DNA of 64,000 nt, from positions 371,857 to 435,856 of the IMG/VR virus record IMGVR_UViG_3300034073_003340. One strand, 5' to 3'. The notes below the pieces were generated by a model. It did not search any database. It was not told the DNA's origin and saw only the letters and a list, made by a program, of their open reading frames with translations. The position numbers were made by a program, and so were the translations under genes. Below are positions 15,896 through 24,336 of the stretch, piece after piece. Positions within the stretch are counted from its first letter, which is position 1. Each line of letters starts with the position of its first letter.

Positions 15896-17629
15896 TCACT
15901 GGTCGTCAGTGTGAATCCCAGCAAGTCGCTGTAGCTCTTCCTTGTCAGTAGGGGCGAGAGGTTCGTCCTTGACCCGACGAGCATTAGACTTTGCGGGAGC
16001 CTTTGCCGCAACAGCTTCACCGACCGGAATAACCTCGGCCATGCTGCTCAGCATACCGTTCATACCCTGGCTTAGATCAAGCCCCAGTTCCTTGGCTAGC
16101 GTGTCAACTACTGGAACCTGTAGTCGATAATTCAGCAGCGCATCAGTCATCTGAGTAGGGAGATTAGGACTGCCGTTTCCCACGGTTTCTCCCTCAACAG
16201 ATCCAGATGCCTGACCGCCCATACCGCCGTTCATATGAACTACACGGAAGCTATCAATCTTCTCGATGGGCTTGCCCATCTGCTCAAGAATAGCAGGCAG
16301 CTTTTCAATGAGCTTGAGTCGAATCTGCAGGGCGGCCTGTTCGGGCGACATTGTGTTTGCCGCTTCGTTGAGGGCGCGCTGACCTTCCGACTCAACTTCA
16401 TAACGCTTGGCTTCAGCCTCGATGAGGCGTTCCTTGGCCTTGGCCGACGCATCTGCTGCTGCTAGTTCAGCTTCAGCACGAATACGAACTGCTGCCGCAT
16501 CTTCCTGCGCGCGACCCTCGGCCGCAATCACAGCCACTCGCTGGTCTCGTTCTGCCCTGGCCGTTGCCTCAACAGTCTTAACCTCTTCGCTGGCCCGAAC
16601 CGCTTCAGCCCTGGCTGCGTCTGCTGCCGCGCGAGCTTCTGATTCTTCCTGAGACTTGGCAGCGACCTTGATTCGCTGATCCTGACTTGCCAGCTCAAGA
16701 TCTCGGGCAGCTTCGGCCTGCGCAATCTTAATCTTGCGCTCACTTTCAACCCTGGCTTCTTCAGTGGCCTGCTCGGCATGAATTACAGCAAGATCAGTTT
16801 CACGCTGGCGATCAGCACGGGTTCGCGCCAGTTCAGCTTCCTGTGCTGCTCGACGGGTTTCCACTTCACGCTGCTGTTCAAGCGTAGCAAATTCATCCTG
16901 CTGGCGAATTTCCAGAGAACGCTTGTTGGCCTCAAAGTTGCGCTGCTCAATAGCAACACGATTTTCCTGCTCGATATCGTTTCGCTCTTTCTTGCGCGTT
17001 TCCGTGACCGACGTCAGCTTGGCAAGACCTTCAGCGTCGAAAGCGTTGTTGGGATTGAAGTGTTCCACAGAAGTCTGATCAAGACCAGTCAGCGACACCG
17101 ATTCAAGTTCAAGACCATTGGCCTTGAGATCCTCGGCCGCCGTGGTCTTAACCGTCTTCACGAACTCAGCCCGCTGGGTGTGGAGGTCCTGCATGTCCAT
17201 TCCAGCAGCAACCGCGCGAAGGACGTCAACGAACTTACCTTCAATAAGTTCACTGAGCTGCTGGGGGTTCATAGTCCGGCGACCCAGTGTCTGTGCTGCC
17301 GCTGCGATGCTGCCATCGTCAGGTGAAACCCGAACATAGAACTCAGCCTTGACATCAACGCGCAGACGGTCCTTGGTGATAAGCGAGTCCTTGGCCTTTC
17401 GCTCAACAGTCAGACGCAGGGTCTGCATATTGATAGGAATGGTTTCATGAAACACCGGCAGCACAATTGCGCCGCCATCCTTGACGACTTTCTGTCCGCC
17501 CATACCAGTTCGGACGAATGCTTGTTCCTTTGAGGCTCGCTGGTAGAGCCTGGTCATGAAGATGACCATTGTGAGAATAACGACGATTGCCGCTACCACA
17601 ATGCCACCAATGAATGCTAGATTTTCCAA
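15896..17629 (-). CDS. Flotillin/SPFH-domain membrane protein (YqiK-like)
   Basis: N-terminal TM; YQRASKEQAFVRTGMGG, LITKDRLRVDVKAEFYVRV and GLELESVSLT..FNPNNAFDAEGL; long Ala/Glu coiled coil; GGAG RBS with TTG start. Confidence 0.92.
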   Translation of the reverse strand: MENLAFIGGIVVAAIVVILTMVIFMTRLYQRASKEQAFVRTGMGGQKVVKDGGAIVLPVFHETIPINMQTLRLTVERKAKDSLITKDRLRVDVKAEFYVRVSPDDGSIAAAAQTLGRRTMNPQQLSELIEGKFVDVLRAVAAGMDMQDLHTQRAEFVKTVKTTAAEDLKANGLELESVSLTGLDQTSVEHFNPNNAFDAEGLAKLTSVTETRKKERNDIEQENRVAIEQRNFEANKRSLEIRQQDEFATLEQQREVETRRAAQEAELARTRADRQRETDLAVIHAEQATEEARVESERKIKIAQAEAARDLELASQDQRIKVAAKSQEESEARAAADAARAEAVRASEEVKTVEATARAERDQRVAVIAAEGRAQEDAAAVRIRAEAELAAADASAKAKERLIEAEAKRYEVESEGQRALNEAANTMSPEQAALQIRLKLIEKLPAILEQMGKPIEKIDSFRVVHMNGGMGGQASGSVEGETVGNGSPNLPTQMTDALLNYRLQVPVVDTLAKELGLDLSQGMNGMLSSMAEVIPVGEAVAAKAPAKSNARRVKDEPLAPTDKEELQRLAGIHTDDQ

Positions 17630-17642
17630 AAAATTTCTCCTG

Positions 17643-18311
17643 TTAGATCTTACGGACTATAAAGGCAATTTCACGATCCTTGTGTGGCCCTAGTAACACC
17701 ACCTGTGAACCACTAGCAATATGTTCGTTGCTTTCTGAACAGACCACAAGATTATGGTCAGTCCCAAAATTATCAGTGAATCTAGCAATACCAAAATCCA
17801 CTGGACCTATAGGTCCAGCAGTCAGTATTCCGCTTGATCCGATCAAGCTTTCAACCTTGATCGCGCTTGTTTCATCTTTTGGAAGCAACGGAGCAATGGA
17901 GGCAGACAGTGACCTGACGATTGGCAAGGTGCAGGCTAAAACCACTGGGCCTACTAGAAGTGCTGGCATCAAGCCTGAAGCTATGCCATTATAGATCCAT
18001 TGTGCGCTATATCCCAAGATACTGTAGATACCAGAGAAAAGAATAATAAAAACAGTGCTTGGAACATGGCCAGGGTTGACCCATAGAAAAATTGAAGAAT
18101 GACCAGCTTCGAGATAATCCGGGACACCATTCCCGTTAGCGTCCAGGGTAAAATCAATTTCAGCGTCTACCTGGAATAGGTCATGACCTATACCAAAGAT
18201 GATTGAAATCATTCCCAGGATGAGCAAGGCTATAACAATACAGCCGGCGATTAGAAAGGCAGTGTTTTCTGCTGCGGTGATGAAATTCAGCATGTCCATG
18301 CTGGACTTCAT
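17643..18311 (-). CDS. YqiJ-like (NfeD-type OB-fold) membrane protein, flotillin partner
   Basis: Three hydrophobic segments; PKDETSAIKVESLIGSSG and DNFGTDHNLVV; immediately upstream of flotillin as in yqiJ-yqiK. Confidence 0.75.
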   Translation of the reverse strand: MKSSMDMLNFITAAENTAFLIAGCIVIALLILGMISIIFGIGHDLFQVDAEIDFTLDANGNGVPDYLEAGHSSIFLWVNPGHVPSTVFIILFSGIYSILGYSAQWIYNGIASGLMPALLVGPVVLACTLPIVRSLSASIAPLLPKDETSAIKVESLIGSSGILTAGPIGPVDFGIARFTDNFGTDHNLVVCSESNEHIASGSQVVLLGPHKDREIAFIVRKI

Positions 18312-18322
18312 AACAAGAGGAT

Positions 18323-18745
18323 TTACCTCTTGTCAATTGAATCGCTCCTAGTCTTTGGAATAATTTTTGAATCAGCCAATTTTGCTAATATTTGGCCATG
18401 ACAGGCCTGTGGGTGACACCAGCAACCTAGACGTTTGCCCTTTAGCTCGTGAAGGGCATCCATCAAATGCGGCTGCTCAACAATCCAATCGGCATATTGT
18501 TTGATACATTCTTCACGGGTGCCATCTCTACCAACCACAAATGGATTACCCCATTTGGTCTTGCGATCAATACGGACGTCATAATGATCTTCTTTGAGAT
18601 TAACTACCGTGGTGCTGGGCGGTGGCCAAGAGAATAGATCATCTTTCATCGATCTACTTATTATAGAGGTAGGGGACCTGGGAAGAATTTGCGACCCTGA
18701 CCCAGGTCCCCAAACGGTTAGCAAAGAGGGGTTTGCCACCGCCAA
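18323..18745 (-). CDS. DUF4326-like protein
   Basis: RIDRKTKWGNPF and LKGKRLGCWCHPQACHGQIL. Confidence 0.8.
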   Translation of the reverse strand: MAVANPSLLTVWGPGSGSQILPRSPTSIISRSMKDDLFSWPPPSTTVVNLKEDHYDVRIDRKTKWGNPFVVGRDGTREECIKQYADWIVEQPHLMDALHELKGKRLGCWCHPQACHGQILAKLADSKIIPKTRSDSIDKR

Positions 18746-18846
18746 TTAAGGTTTAGCAACTAAAAATGATTGCGCAACTCTTTTTGCGACGAACTGTGTG
18801 ATTATTCACAATCAGTGAATCAAATATTATTAACAATAAAGTAACG

Positions 18847-19200
18847 TTAAAATATTGCGTTGAGATGTTTTTCTATCTCACAGACCCTATAGGGTTTAGT
18901 TAAAATGGGCCATTGCTGAAATACTGTAGGTAGCTCTTGTGAATCCATGCCACTACATACCACAACAGGAATATTGAGCGCCGCTAGCATATTGGCTGCT
19001 CCGATGCTGGACTCGTCCCTGAGACCGACATCAAGAAACACACAAGAGATTTCATCCCCTTGCTCTTTGATGATAGTTTCAGCTTCAGAGTTGGTTGTAG
19101 CAGGTCCTAAAAGAGACAGCTCGTTGTCTTCACAAATGTCTTCCCATAAGAGATGAAGCAAGATTTGATCCTCAACGAGCAGAACACGGCCTTTAGCCAT
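18847..19200 (-). CDS. Single-domain response regulator (receiver only)
   Basis: VLLVED acidic pocket, FLDV phospho-acceptor Asp, PVVVCSG and ILTKPY; AGGAG RBS. Confidence 0.88.
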   Translation of the reverse strand: MAKGRVLLVEDQILLHLLWEDICEDNELSLLGPATTNSEAETIIKEQGDEISCVFLDVGLRDESSIGAANMLAALNIPVVVCSGMDSQELPTVFQQWPILTKPYRVCEIEKHLNAIF

Positions 19201-19216
19201 GGTAGTCTCCTTTGTG

Positions 19217-19741
19217 TTAGGACATCAGCTTTGCCAACATCACCTGATTTACTGTGCCATTGTCGATAATCATTGCGCTACTGGGCTTACCAACACGAAC
19301 CAATGCGCTAAGAACGTCTTCGTTGCCTTGCCCACTTTTAAAGAGCTTGGCATAAATGGTTCCCTTTTCACTGATTTGCTTTACCGTGCCCATTACCATA
19401 TCAACGCGAGCACCTTCTGTGCCGCGAGGAAACAGGATTGTGTGGCCGATTTCAATACGACGACCCATGAGGTCATTATAGAATGGGGTTGCTTTGTCTT
19501 CAGCAAAAAAGGTGCCACCTGCCCAATTGACCAAATGCTCAAGAAACGAGCCCTTTACCCAAAAGGGCCGCTTGCCCTTTACCGAGAGCCTATATTCATG
19601 AGCGCTATAATATTTGCTGGAAACCTGCATCACTCGGCCGATTGTTCCTGCTCGCGGCCCGGCAATCACCTTGGCATACTGCGGCCCATCTTCCATGGCT
19701 TTTAGCAGACCCATCGCAGTTTGGTAATTGTTAAGGCTCAT
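19217..19741 (-). CDS. Hypothetical protein with SH3/KOW-like beta domains
   Basis: KVIAGPRAGTIGRV KOW-like segment; GAGG RBS. Confidence 0.65.
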   Translation of the reverse strand: MSLNNYQTAMGLLKAMEDGPQYAKVIAGPRAGTIGRVMQVSSKYYSAHEYRLSVKGKRPFWVKGSFLEHLVNWAGGTFFAEDKATPFYNDLMGRRIEIGHTILFPRGTEGARVDMVMGTVKQISEKGTIYAKLFKSGQGNEDVLSALVRVGKPSSAMIIDNGTVNQVMLAKLMS

Positions 19742-19979
19742 ATACGACCTCTTTGAAATTTTTCAATTTTCTACGCTAGCAGAGCGCAACTAAAAAAGCA
19801 TGAATGCGTTAATAGCTGTTAAAGCATGATCTATAACCTAACGATCCACGAGTCTAGTGGATAGTCTGGAGCCGTCTAAAAAAAATTTACATATTGCCTG
19901 TTTGTTAGCTCTTGACATTTTGAAACTCACAGAAAAAGTGCAGGTCGAGATGGCCCACACTTTTCTGTGATTTTAGATT

Positions 19980-20165
19980 TCAGACTAGTTCGTTATCAAA
20001 CTGTAGACGAAATTTGAAGGCATCGTCGATGTTTGAAAATCCAACTTCTAAACCGTCAACTGCCGGATTCAAGACATAGCCCTGCACTTGCTCGTCTTCA
20101 AGCCATTTTTCAACTTTGGTTTTGGAATCGGGTCGTGCCCGCATAACCCACGAATTTGCGACCAT
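19980..20165 (-). CDS. FKL-family small protein
   Basis: GAGGT RBS; EKWLED...VGFSNIDDAFKFRLQF. Confidence 0.7.
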   Translation of the reverse strand: MVANSWVMRARPDSKTKVEKWLEDEQVQGYVLNPAVDGLEVGFSNIDDAFKFRLQFDNELV

Positions 20166-20244
20166 TATTACCTCAACTGGTTTCTTGCTAGAAAACGATT
20201 ACTAGCTGGTGTAACCAGGCTGAATCAATATTTTTGAAGGGTTT

Positions 20245-20690
20245 TGCGACGATCCGAAATAGACCTGCGTATCTATCATCAGTAGAGGAAAAACGGCCCG
20301 TTCTGTTGTTACGCCGGGACCATGCGCCACCTAGGGAGTTGATCCCCTAGGGATTGTTGAGGCATAGGAATCTACCGTAGCTTTTTCCTAACCTCGCTAC
20401 CCTTAGGCAGCGAGCGCCTCGACAACATCGTTGTCGTTGACAGTTACGTCGTTGATCTTTTCAGAACAGATGTTCCCAGGGAATCACCCCTCGTCATCGC
20501 TTCACTGGTTTCCCAGATCGTCTCTCAACCGTTCGCTTCCACGTCGATCCTAGTTCAGGCCCATCAGTTACAACGCCCACAGCGTCCGTGGTCTATATCC
20601 TGTCAATTCAGGACCGCGTTGTAAGTGGTGGACCTGCCGGGTACCGCCCCCGGGTCCGCTAGTCACTAATAAGTTTCGGTCATCAATAAC
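20245..20690 (-). ncRNA. ssrA: Circularly permuted (two-piece) tmRNA
   Basis: Minus strand carries first the T-arm CCGGG-GGCGGTA-CCCGG and 3' acceptor CAGGTCC-A-CCA (20636-20626), then a 63-nt intervening segment, then the 5' acceptor GGGCCTG (20562-20556), giving a 7-bp stem with a G3-U70 Ala determinant. Tag ORF 20441-20403 reads VNDNDVVEALAA-stop. Outer ends are approximate. Confidence 0.93.
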
Positions 20691-20696
20691 TTTTTC

Positions 20697-20725
20697 AATA
20701 TAGTAGATAAGGATCCATATGTCAA
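20697..20725 (-). promoter_or_regulatory. Near-consensus sigma70 promoter of the tmRNA
   Basis: TTGACA-N17-TATATT, placing +1 at about 20690. Confidence 0.8.
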
Positions 20726-20728
20726 GCA

Positions 20729-21004
20729 TTAACCTACAAAAACATTAGGTGAACCAGTGGCTACTTTGCTCTTACACATAACCGGATCACCTTTTCGTCC
20801 CTGCTGCCGACCGTTAGTAAAAACAGTGCTAGAGCCCCTGGCTAGCTTGCTGGTGTGATCTTTATGAAAAGCCCACATATCACCTTGTCTATGCGCTGGT
20901 TTGCCATTTATAAAAACATCAGGCGAGCCTTGTAGATTTGGTCGCGGCTTTGCGTCGCCGTGCCCGGTACACTTATCACCCAAGCGAGCCGCTGGCTTAC
21001 CCAC
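20729..21004 (-). CDS. PAAR-domain spike-tip protein (T4 gp5.4-like)
   Basis: KPAARLGDKCTGH, GSPDVFINGKPAHRQGD and ATGSPNVFVG. Confidence 0.92.
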   Translation of the reverse strand: MGKPAARLGDKCTGHGDAKPRPNLQGSPDVFINGKPAHRQGDMWAFHKDHTSKLARGSSTVFTNGRQQGRKGDPVMCKSKVATGSPNVFVG

Positions 21005-21866
21005 CGATCACCGCCGCCGCTGCTCCGGTGGCCACACTTCCTAATAGACTTCTGAGACATGGATCATCAGGAAGATTTGCCATTAGATCCGCAAGTCCTT
21101 GTCGGGCTTGCGCCAACAACGCTTTGGCAAACTTTTCCACCTCTGCTTTTGCCATAGCAATCAACTTTGCGATTTCAGCTTTGGCTACCGCGATAGCCGC
21201 TTTGATTTCGTCAATAAGAGGTCCAATCTGAGCATCAACCCATGCCCTAGCGTCTTCCAACGCTTTATTGATTTCACTCTTTATGTCGTTGAGTATGGCT
21301 TTTCCTTCATCCATAATGGATCCAAGAAATCCACTTAGACCAATACATGGATTACTGAGAAGATTCATAACAGTATCAAGAGCCAATGCCGCTTGGGCAA
21401 TACCAGCAAGACTTGGTAGGTTATTGGTCAGGCGATCAGTATGGTCTTCGAAAGAATCTAGATCACCAATTATTCCACTATCCCCATCCGGTCCATAGAC
21501 GTCTTCCAAGAATTCAATTCTATAGGTAGTCCATGTTCCGTCATCGCTAAAACGACCATCCATATAATTGACGAGGGAAACTAGATCATCTCTTATAGGA
21601 TCCATCAAGCAAGAGGTTGGGTTAGCCAAAACCCCATGATAAGGATTATAGACACCAAGAGAATTGATCTGTTCAACATGCTCACGAAGTTCAAAAGGAA
21701 CATCACTCACGCTCAATAGGGCAGGTTTTCTCGGCTCTTGTAGGCTGGTATTTGACCCCGGAGGTTGGGTCTCCATGATTTCCTGTAATGCTATTGCCCT
21801 AGGATCAATCGGGGGATTGTAGAGCCCGTTTTCCAATGCTTCTCGGTTGAGTAAATTGGATGTCAT
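20997..21866 (-). CDS. Hypothetical, probably baseplate-associated protein with amphipathic helical C-terminus
   Basis: 289-aa ORF overlapping the PAAR start; Ala/Lys/Glu helices. Confidence 0.65.
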   Translation of the reverse strand: MTSNLLNREALENGLYNPPIDPRAIALQEIMETQPPGSNTSLQEPRKPALLSVSDVPFELREHVEQINSLGVYNPYHGVLANPTSCLMDPIRDDLVSLVNYMDGRFSDDGTWTTYRIEFLEDVYGPDGDSGIIGDLDSFEDHTDRLTNNLPSLAGIAQAALALDTVMNLLSNPCIGLSGFLGSIMDEGKAILNDIKSEINKALEDARAWVDAQIGPLIDEIKAAIAVAKAEIAKLIAMAKAEVEKFAKALLAQARQGLADLMANLPDDPCLRSLLGSVATGAAAAVIGG

Positions 21867-22119
21867 TTTCTCTCTCCAAAGGTGGATTCAGATGAACCTG
21901 GTGGGTATAATCTATCCCATCATTTCCACTGTTGATAACCAGATGTTGGTCGGAACTTAAAATCAAGTTACCAGTTGCGTGTATCTGGAAATCTCCAGTA
22001 ATCAGCAGTCTCTGACTTACAGGATCATAAAATATAGGACTTCCTTTTGTGACTTTTTCTAAGTCATTAGGTGCCATCAAAACCTGTAATGCTAGTTTTA
22101 CTCTGCTGATAAGTCCCAT
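21805..22119 (-). CDS. Hypothetical protein
   Basis: 104-aa ORF within the operon. Confidence 0.6.
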   Translation of the reverse strand: MGLISRVKLALQVLMAPNDLEKVTKGSPIFYDPVSQRLLITGDFQIHATGNLILSSDQHLVINSGNDGIDYTHQVHLNPPLERENDIQFTQPRSIGKRALQSPD

Positions 22120-22121
22120 AG

Positions 22122-22418
22122 TCAGCTCATTATAGCTTGTTCATATTGTTCAGCAGCATCTTCCCTAGCAGGCGAAACCGCTACCACATGAGCGTTCTTG
22201 ATAGTGATGACTTCTTTACCAGCCGACACCATCCATGGTGTAAACATAACTCTAGTTTGCTGAGGATTTTCAGGATTCTCAGCCATTACCATTGCTAGAG
22301 GTCGACTAACAATCAGATGATTGTCATCGTCGCTTAGTTTTCTAGCAATAATCTCTTCGCCAGTTATGAGCTTTACAGCAATTACCTGGGTATTGTCCGG
22401 AGTCTTTTCTTTTAACAT
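22122..22418 (-). CDS. Sm/SH3-like barrel hypothetical protein
   Basis: VIAVKLITGEEIIAR...IVSRPLAM...FTPWM, a common large-phage small beta-barrel pattern. Confidence 0.7.
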   Translation of the reverse strand: MLKEKTPDNTQVIAVKLITGEEIIARKLSDDDNHLIVSRPLAMVMAENPENPQQTRVMFTPWMVSAGKEVITIKNAHVVAVSPAREDAAEQYEQAIMS

Positions 22419-22438
22419 TGGTTATTTATCCATGTATT

Positions 22439-22960
22439 TTATAATTTGTGACGCTGATTCAAAAGTGCTTTGTGGAAACCTTTGTAGTTTTCCAAGGTCA
22501 TATACCCTATGAATCTACTATTGAGCATAAGAGGATAACGATTCCATTCATCAACTCTTATGACGGAATCGCCAAATCTGACTAGATCGTCATCCATGAT
22601 CATAAATGTATCACCGTTGTCGACTTGTATTTGCCAACCGTGATGATGAACTTCCATACTTGTGCCCACAAACTCAGATGACCCATCCCATAACCGGACT
22701 TCATATGTCGGAGTTGGTAAAACTCTAGTTTCTGCTGCTAGAGTTTCTGATCTCTCAAGAATCTGATTGATTCTTTCCTTCTGCCCCAATCCATTGGTGG
22801 CCTTGAGTGTAGATAGTGCCTCTTTGACCCAGAGAGGTTCACTGAGGGCCGCTATGTCGTCGGACGACATATTGGCTACATTGTCTACTAGAGCCTGTAA
22901 CCGTGGCTTTTTCTTAGCCACGGCTATCAGCATTTCATCCTTGGAGTAGAGAGATCTCAT
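22439..22960 (-). CDS. Hypothetical protein
   Basis: 173-aa ORF coupled to glutaredoxin. Confidence 0.65.
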   Translation of the reverse strand: MRSLYSKDEMLIAVAKKKPRLQALVDNVANMSSDDIAALSEPLWVKEALSTLKATNGLGQKERINQILERSETLAAETRVLPTPTYEVRLWDGSSEFVGTSMEVHHHGWQIQVDNGDTFMIMDDDLVRFGDSVIRVDEWNRYPLMLNSRFIGYMTLENYKGFHKALLNQRHKL

Positions 22961-23196
22961 GAAGCGTTCTTAAAATGCTCCACTAGTTCGTTGTATCCAC
23001 CGATATAGGTGTCGTTGAGCCAAATCTGAGGCACTGTTCGAGGAGCGGCACCAGTTGCTGCTTTGACTCGCTCGATTAGTTCATCGCGCTTATCAACTGC
23101 GCTTTCCTCAGTATAACCAATACCCTTTTCGTCGAGCAACTTCTTGGCTCGAACGCAGAATGGGCAATTGGGCTTGCTGTAAACGGTAGCTGTCAT
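22957..23196 (-). CDS. Glutaredoxin
   Basis: YSKPNCPFCVRAK, TVPQIW and IGGY; follows nrdB. Confidence 0.93.
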   Translation of the reverse strand: MTATVYSKPNCPFCVRAKKLLDEKGIGYTEESAVDKRDELIERVKAATGAAPRTVPQIWLNDTYIGGYNELVEHFKNAS

Positions 23197-23205
23197 TTTA
23201 TTTCC

Positions 23206-24336
23206 TTAAAGCTTGAAGGTGTTGAAGTCGTCGTTCTGTGCGTCTTGCTTGACACCGCCAACCACATAGCTGGAAATCTCAGTTTCCTGTGGGGCAACCT
23301 GTACCGACTTGGAAGCAATCCAGCTACTGGTCCACGGTAGTGGGTTACGTGCTGGAACGGTAAATGGTGGCTTGAGTCCTACCCCACGCATACGAGTTCC
23401 CGCGATGTAGTCCACATACTCATTCAAGAGAGCTTCATTGAGACCAATGATGCTGCCATCCTTGAACAGATACTTTGCCCATTCCTTTTCCTGACGAATA
23501 GCGGACATGTACATTTCAATTGCCTGCTCCTCACACTCAGAAGCAATCTTGATGAAGTCAGGATCGTCCTGCTTGAGAATGTTGCGGAGCAAATTCTGGG
23601 AACCAGCAAGGTGAAGGTTTTCATCGCGAGCAATGAACTTAATCAGCTTGGCATTACCTTCCATGCGCTTGGTTTCAGCAAATGCCCATGAGCAGGCAAA
23701 CGAAACATAGAAGCGAACTCCCTCGAGGATATTGACACTCATGAGGCAGAGCCAGAGCTTTTTCTTGAGGTCATAGAGATCAACCGTAATCTTCTTGCCG
23801 TTGATGTTGTGAGTTCCCACACCAAGCAGCTCATACCACTTGGACGCTTCAATCAGTTCATCATAGTTCTTGCTGATGTCTTTGGCGCAATCCACAATTT
23901 CCTGAATATCCTTCATTGAATCGAAGATCTCACCAGGGTTTGGATATACATTACGAATAATGTGGGTGTAGGAACGACTATGGATAGTTTCAATAAACGC
24001 CCAAGTCTGTGCCCATGTTTCCATTTCTGGCAGCGATGTAATATTGCCAAAGGCCTGAGTTGGTGAACGACCCTGTACCGAGTCCAAAAGGATCTGACGC
24101 TTGAGGTTGGAGGTAAAGATATGCTTTTCGTGATCGGTTAGTTTACCGAAGTCACCACGATCTGTATTGAGATCAACTTCTTCAGGACGCCAAAAGAAAC
24201 CCAACTGCTGATTGGTTAGATGCTCTAGCTCAGGATATTTGACCTGGTCAAAACGCTGGATATCCACAGGACCGCTTGGGTCAAAGAACATCTTAGCTGT
24301 AAGGTGATCAACTTTATTTAGATTGAATACGGACAT
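23206..24336 (-). CDS. nrdB: Class Ia ribonucleotide reductase beta subunit
   Basis: FFWRPEEV, LLDSVQGR, ETIHSRSYTH, LEGVRFYVSF, IARDENLH and APQETEISSY. Start set at MSVF behind a GAGAGG RBS. Confidence 0.96.
   Translation of the reverse strand: MSVFNLNKVDHLTAKMFFDPSGPVDIQRFDQVKYPELEHLTNQQLGFFWRPEEVDLNTDRGDFGKLTDHEKHIFTSNLKRQILLDSVQGRSPTQAFGNITSLPEMETWAQTWAFIETIHSRSYTHIIRNVYPNPGEIFDSMKDIQEIVDCAKDISKNYDELIEASKWYELLGVGTHNINGKKITVDLYDLKKKLWLCLMSVNILEGVRFYVSFACSWAFAETKRMEGNAKLIKFIARDENLHLAGSQNLLRNILKQDDPDFIKIASECEEQAIEMYMSAIRQEKEWAKYLFKDGSIIGLNEALLNEYVDYIAGTRMRGVGLKPPFTVPARNPLPWTSSWIASKSVQVAPQETEISSYVVGGVKQDAQNDDFNTFKL

Noticed and set aside
13906-18311. TelA/flotillin cassette as an inserted mobile element or bacterial contamination
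   Set aside because: No integrase, transposase, terminal repeats or target duplications were seen. It uses the same terminator style as the rest of the phage and is flanked by phage genes.
20626-20660. Stand-alone tRNA-Ala
   Set aside because: Only a T-arm and 3' acceptor strand are present, and the matching 5' strand lies downstream, so it is part of the permuted tmRNA. I saw no complete tRNA genes in the window.
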